Assembly: GCA_050115495.1 (NCBI GenBank)
Contig: JASFQK010000030.1
Location: 1 to 64,000 of the forward strand
Origin: Phycisphaerae bacterium
GTDB taxonomy: Bacteria; Planctomycetota; Phycisphaerae; UBA1845; Fen-1342
Direction of reading: 5' to 3'
Length of the DNA stretch: 64,000 nucleotides
Below are positions 59,944-64,000 of the stretch, one piece after another (the stretch's first letter is position 1; each line of letters opens with the position of its first letter). The notes under the pieces were generated by a model that worked only from the letters and a program-made list of their open reading frames with translations, was not told the origin of the DNA and ran no database searches. The translations under genes and the position numbers were made by a program.

Positions 59944-61380
59944 ATGGATCGTCTCCACCGCGGCCTGGTCTGCGCAATCCTCGCGGCAGGCGTGGCCCTG
60001 CGCCTCGCCCTGGCGCTCGCGATCCCGCCCGACCGGGCCTACGACGACCACTACGAACCCGTGCGCATCATGCTCGACAAGGGTGTGCTGCCCAGCGCCG
60101 CCGACTGCTGGGAGTGCTACCAGCCACCGCTCTACTACGTGATTTCCGCCGGCCCGGCCGCCCTCGCCCGCAGCATTGCGGCAGCCATGGGCGCCCCGGA
60201 CACCGCCGAGCAGGCCGCCCGCCGCGCCCTCCAGATCGTCTCATTCCTCGCCGGTTGCGCGACGCTGTGGGTCTGCCGGCTCATCCTCCGCCGCTTCCCG
60301 GAACTGACCCGCCACGAAGCCCTCGGACTCGCCTTCGTGGCGTTTCTGCCGCGACACGTCTACATGTCGGCGATGGCCACGAACGACGCCCTGACCTACC
60401 TGGCAGCGTCGCTGGCCGTGTACGCCGCCTTACGAACGCACGCCGCCGGCTGGCCGACGCGTGGCTGCGTGCTGACCGGTCTGGCTGCCGGCACCGCGGT
60501 GCTGTGCAAGGGCTACGGCTGGGTAACGGTCGCCGCCATTCTTCTGCTGATCTGGCTCTTCACGCGTGTACGGGGCACAACGCCGCCGCGCCGCGAGCTG
60601 ACGCGCCCGCTTCTGCTGACCGCGGCCGCCGCCTTCGCTCTCGGCATCTGGCTGGTGGCCCGCAACGTGTGGATCTACGAGCACCCGCACGTCGACAACT
60701 TCGAGATGTTCCCCGAAACGCCCATGCGTTATCAGCCACCGGGCTCGATCGGGCAGACCAGCTTTGCGTCGTTGCGCTGCCGCGACCTGCTCACTCACCC
60801 GTGGGTCCACGTGACCCACGTCGACAGCTTCTGGACACAGCTCTACGCCCGCCTCTGGTTCGACTACGAGGGTTTCAACACGACGCTCGGCCCCTACCCG
60901 CCGTGGTCCCGACTCTGGGACCGCTGCGCCACGGCCGAGCCCGCGTGGAACGGCAACCGGTGGGACATGCTTCTCAGCTACGCCGACGATGAGGTACCGC
61001 CCGGCTTCCGCCGCGTCGCCGTGGTGGCGTACATCGCCGGCGCACCGCTGACGCTCGCCGTGCTATGCGGCCTGGTGCTGGCAGCGCTGCGCGCCCGGCG
61101 CGACTTCCGCTTCGCCCTCATCCTCGTCCACGCTCTGTTCGCCCTGAGCGTGCCGCTGGTGCAGACGCTCCGACTACCCCACTTCGCGGCGATGAAGGCC
61201 GCCTTCGCCCTCAGCAGTCTGACCAGCGCCGCTGTCCTGGCCGCCCTGCCCGTGGCGACCATCCGCCACAAGTGTTGCTCGCTGTTGCTGGCTGGCGGAT
61301 TCTGGCTGCTGCTGGCGGCAATTGCGGCGACGGATATCGCCTACGTCGTTCTGCAATTCACGTGGCCGCCAGCCCCCTGA
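59944..61380 (+). CDS. GT-C fold glycosyltransferase (ArnT/PMT-like)
   Basis: YDDH, YQPPLYY, TND.L, LCK, WLVARN; multiple TMs; TACTCT 6 nt before ATG. Confidence 0.8.
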   Translation: MDRLHRGLVCAILAAGVALRLALALAIPPDRAYDDHYEPVRIMLDKGVLPSAADCWECYQPPLYYVISAGPAALARSIAAAMGAPDTAEQAARRALQIVSFLAGCATLWVCRLILRRFPELTRHEALGLAFVAFLPRHVYMSAMATNDALTYLAASLAVYAALRTHAAGWPTRGCVLTGLAAGTAVLCKGYGWVTVAAILLLIWLFTRVRGTTPPRRELTRPLLLTAAAAFALGIWLVARNVWIYEHPHVDNFEMFPETPMRYQPPGSIGQTSFASLRCRDLLTHPWVHVTHVDSFWTQLYARLWFDYEGFNTTLGPYPPWSRLWDRCATAEPAWNGNRWDMLLSYADDEVPPGFRRVAVVAYIAGAPLTLAVLCGLVLAALRARRDFRFALILVHALFALSVPLVQTLRLPHFAAMKAAFALSSLTSAAVLAALPVATIRHKCCSLLLAGGFWLLLAAIAATDIAYVVLQFTWPPAP

Positions 61381-61418
61381 CCCGTAAGGCGCGTTCCACC
61401 CGCCGCTCCTCGTCGCGC

Positions 61419-61470
61419 AAAAAAAAGCGAGCGGGTGTCAGGCGCACCGCGGCGCGACACCCGCTGCTTT
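61419..61470 (-). terminator. Intrinsic terminator after the 6S RNA
   Basis: AGCGGGTGTC...GACACCCGCT stem followed by T8 on the minus strand. Confidence 0.8.
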
Positions 61471-61471
61471 A

Positions 61472-61674
61472 TCTGGAACAACCTCCGCCATTGCCGGTGG
61501 GAGAGGTTTGCTGGAACCTAGTAAACTAGGTGGGTGGCCGTCGGCGACTCTGACCAAACGCTCTGAGGCGCCTCCGCCGGAGCTCTGCCTGCCCGGCCTC
61601 CCTGATTCCAGCGTATCGGTCCTCGCAAACGTCGTCTCCCGTGTCGAACACCGCAGGGGTTGGTCCGTTCCAGT
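61472..61674 (-). ncRNA. ssrS: 6S RNA
   Basis: Minus strand CCCTGCGGTGTTCG...GGGAG...CACCCACCTAG-TTTA-CTAGGTTC...CGGCA; closing stem CTGGAAC/GTTCCAG; TATACT upstream; terminator downstream. Confidence 0.8.
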
Positions 61675-61897
61675 CCTGCTGTGACAAGTATAGTCATAGC
61701 ATCGGTCGATTCCAAAGCGGAAATTAGGCGCTCCCGTCCGCGAAGACACCGCTGTTTCCCACGATTTTCGGCACAAATATCCTTGACTTCGCACGCACTG
61801 TCGCCCGTGTCGGCGACGGCCGGCGCACACGCTCCCAGTCACCGATGGATCGTGCTACACTTGGCGACGGTGAGCCGGCGTGCGATGATGAGTGACG

Positions 61898-62518
61898 ATG
61901 AACGAACACGGGCGGGTACAGGCGGTCGCGCGCCTTCAGCAAGGCGACCTCGAAGCGTGGCAGCAGCTCGTCGTCCACTATCACCAGCCGTTGCGACGGT
62001 TGGTCGAGTCACAGATCGACGCGCAGCTCCGCCGGCGCATCGACCCCGATGACGTGCTCCAGCAGGCATACGTCGCCTCGTTCACGAAACTCAACGAGCA
62101 GCGCTTCGACGGGCCGGCCGGCTTCCATGGATGGCTCGAGACGATTGTGCTCAGCAAGCTACACGATGCGCAGCGCGCCGCCGGCCGCCGAAAGCGCGAT
62201 GTCGCCCGCGAGATAAGCGACGCCGGCGCGGCGACGTCCTATCCCGACCTGTGTCACCGCCTGATCGGCGCCGACACGACGCCCAGTCACCACCTGGCTC
62301 GCGATGAGGCTGTGGGCGCCCTGATGTCCAGCCTGGCCCGCCTGAGCCACGAGCAACGCGAGGTGATCCGCCTGCGTTATCTCGAAGGCTGGTCCGTCGC
62401 CGACGTCGCCCGCCACCTCGACAAGACCGAACCCGCCGTGCACATGGCCTGCCACCGCGGCCTGAAGGCCCTCCGTCGCCTGATGGTCTCCCTGACCGAC
62501 TACCTGATCCGCTTCTAA
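61898..62518 (+). CDS. ECF sigma factor, planctomycete type
   Basis: GDLEAWQQL, LRRRIDPDDVLQQAY, F.GWL, TTPSH, QREVIRLRYLEG. Confidence 0.9.
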   Translation: MNEHGRVQAVARLQQGDLEAWQQLVVHYHQPLRRLVESQIDAQLRRRIDPDDVLQQAYVASFTKLNEQRFDGPAGFHGWLETIVLSKLHDAQRAAGRRKRDVAREISDAGAATSYPDLCHRLIGADTTPSHHLARDEAVGALMSSLARLSHEQREVIRLRYLEGWSVADVARHLDKTEPAVHMACHRGLKALRRLMVSLTDYLIRF

Positions 62519-62590
62519 TGCACCGTGCTCAAGCGTAATCAGGCGAATCGGCAAGGTAACGAGGCAAAGACGCCGCGGCTTCTCCGTCCC

Positions 62591-64000
62591 TCACGGCTCT
62601 GACACACTCGGCACCTCTCGCCCCTCCCGAACAAGCACATGCCAATGCTCGCGCCAGTACCGCTCATCCAGACCCGCCCGCGCCGCGCTCGACACGACGA
62701 ACTGCTGCACATCGAGGTGCCGATCAACGATCAGTATCCCCGGCCCCCGTACGTCCGCCCCGTGCGACAGGTTCACCGCAAACCACGGTCGCAACTCGCC
62801 ACGGGCATCGGCGATCACCTCCAGACCGCTGATGCTCGTCCGCTCACCCGGCAGCGGAAGTCGTGGCCCCTCCACCCGCTCGGGCGCCAACGCCGTCCAG
62901 CTCGACACCGGACAATCCAGGAAGCCATAGGCGTGCACGTGCGCCGGCGCCAGCTCCGGCAGCCGCGCCGCCAACGGCGGCCCAACGCCTTCCAGATCGC
63001 TCGGATCCAGCACCATCGCCACGCCGACGAAATCCGCCCGCGTCACCGGCGGCGGATCGCCCCGCCGTGGCTCGAAGTACCCATCCAGCTTGTTGTTCAA
63101 CCCCGCCGCCGCGATCGCCGGCCGACTCGGACCGAAGTAATCCGGCACCACCTGCACGAACGACAACTCACCCGCATGCCAGAACGTCGCCCGCACAGCT
63201 CCCGTCCGGCCATCGAGGATCGACAGACGCGTCGGATACTCGTACGGGTCCCGCGCGACGGCGATCACCTCGTCACCGGCCCGCCCGTCGAGATCCGCCG
63301 CCGTCAAAAGCGTATACTTCACCGCGGTCGGGGGCGCACAATCCGGCCAGCGCCAATCGAACGATAAACGCTGCTGCCACACTTCCGCTCCGCTGTCGGC
63401 GTCAAACCCATACAGCCCCGCCCCCGCCGCCGGCGCCGACAACCCAGCCACCACGAGCTTCCGCCCCGGTGACTCGCCCGTCACCAGCGTGACGGCACCG
63501 ACCTCCGCTCCCGGCGCCGGGAACTCGTGGAATACGCGTTCCGACCCCGCGACGCCATACCGGGCCAGCACCACGTGGGGCCGCTTCTCGTCCACCCACA
63601 CGACCGACACCGGCTCCGTAGTGCTCGCCCGCCGCTCGCGCTGTGCCCACCAGCCGCCGCCAATGAGCAGCAACACGGCGCACACGCCGCCAATCAACCG
63701 CCGCACGAACCGGCGCCGCTGCGCACGCAGCGCCACTCGCCCACCGCCCGTCAGTGCCGCCAGCGTCTCCTCCGCCGACGCGAACCGATCTTCCGGCCGC
63801 TTGGCCATCAGGCGCAGCGACAACCGCGCCAGATGCTGATCGGCACGCCCCTCCACCCGGCACGGATGCTCCGGTTCCTGGTGCAGAATGCGGTGCAGCG
63901 TCGCCGTCGGCGTTCCGGTGCGAAACGGCGTTCGGCCGGTGAGCATCTCGTACAGCACCACCCCCGCCGAATACAGATCCGCGCGATGGTCGACGTTCTC
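62591..64000 (-). CDS. Ser/Thr protein kinase, C-terminal part with TM and extracellular propeller-like domain (5' end outside window)
   Basis: DHRADLYSAGVVLYEMLTGRTPF, LMAKRPEDRF, TM, ADLDG. Confidence 0.9.
   Translation of the reverse strand, partial: ENVDHRADLYSAGVVLYEMLTGRTPFRTGTPTATLHRILHQEPEHPCRVEGRADQHLARLSLRLMAKRPEDRFASAEETLAALTGGGRVALRAQRRRFVRRLIGGVCAVLLLIGGGWWAQRERRASTTEPVSVVWVDEKRPHVVLARYGVAGSERVFHEFPAPGAEVGAVTLVTGESPGRKLVVAGLSAPAAGAGLYGFDADSGAEVWQQRLSFDWRWPDCAPPTAVKYTLLTAADLDGRAGDEVIAVARDPYEYPTRLSILDGRTGAVRATFWHAGELSFVQVVPDYFGPSRPAIAAAGLNNKLDGYFEPRRGDPPPVTRADFVGVAMVLDPSDLEGVGPPLAARLPELAPAHVHAYGFLDCPVSSWTALAPERVEGPRLPLPGERTSISGLEVIADARGELRPWFAVNLSHGADVRGPGILIVDRHLDVQQFVVSSAARAGLDERYWREHWHVLVREGREVPSVSEP

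Noticed and set aside
61898..64000. ECF sigma plus kinase as a phosphorylation-activated ECF pair
   Set aside because: The genes are convergent, the kinase is truncated by the window edge, and this pairing is common in planctomycetes.

Overview
High-GC window whose gene content suggests Planctomycetota, probably Phycisphaerae (inference): nine PEP-CTERM genes, four dockerin-like proteins, a prepilin/H-X9-DG protein, three ECF sigma factors, a Ser/Thr kinase and FG-GAP proteins. The main find is a ~4.4 kb island (23443-27876) bounded by a 93-bp direct repeat. It carries a PAS sigma54 activator, a sigma54 promoter with IHF and enhancer sites, and a minus-strand redox operon. The operon encodes a CoA-disulfide reductase/NADH oxidase-type flavoprotein and two candidate selenoproteins that the ORF track truncates or misses: an N-terminally extended thioredoxin and a 60-aa SEC-C protein. 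Both read G-P-[IV]-UGA-G and both have a SECIS-like hairpin right after the UGA. Other points: (1) two paralogous ~410-aa uncharacterised proteins, each leaderless and divergent from PEP-CTERM genes, sharing an upstream motif; (2) an ECF sigma with no canonical start codon whose candidate promoter recurs before a spondin PEP-CTERM gene; (3) a decayed comM fragment; (4) a nuclease-STAND-TPR defence candidate; (5) a palindromic element inserted in frame in a membrane protein; (6) a likely 6S RNA; (7) a promoter-fronted structured non-coding region with an orphan boxA. All family calls are by motif recognition; no searches were run.
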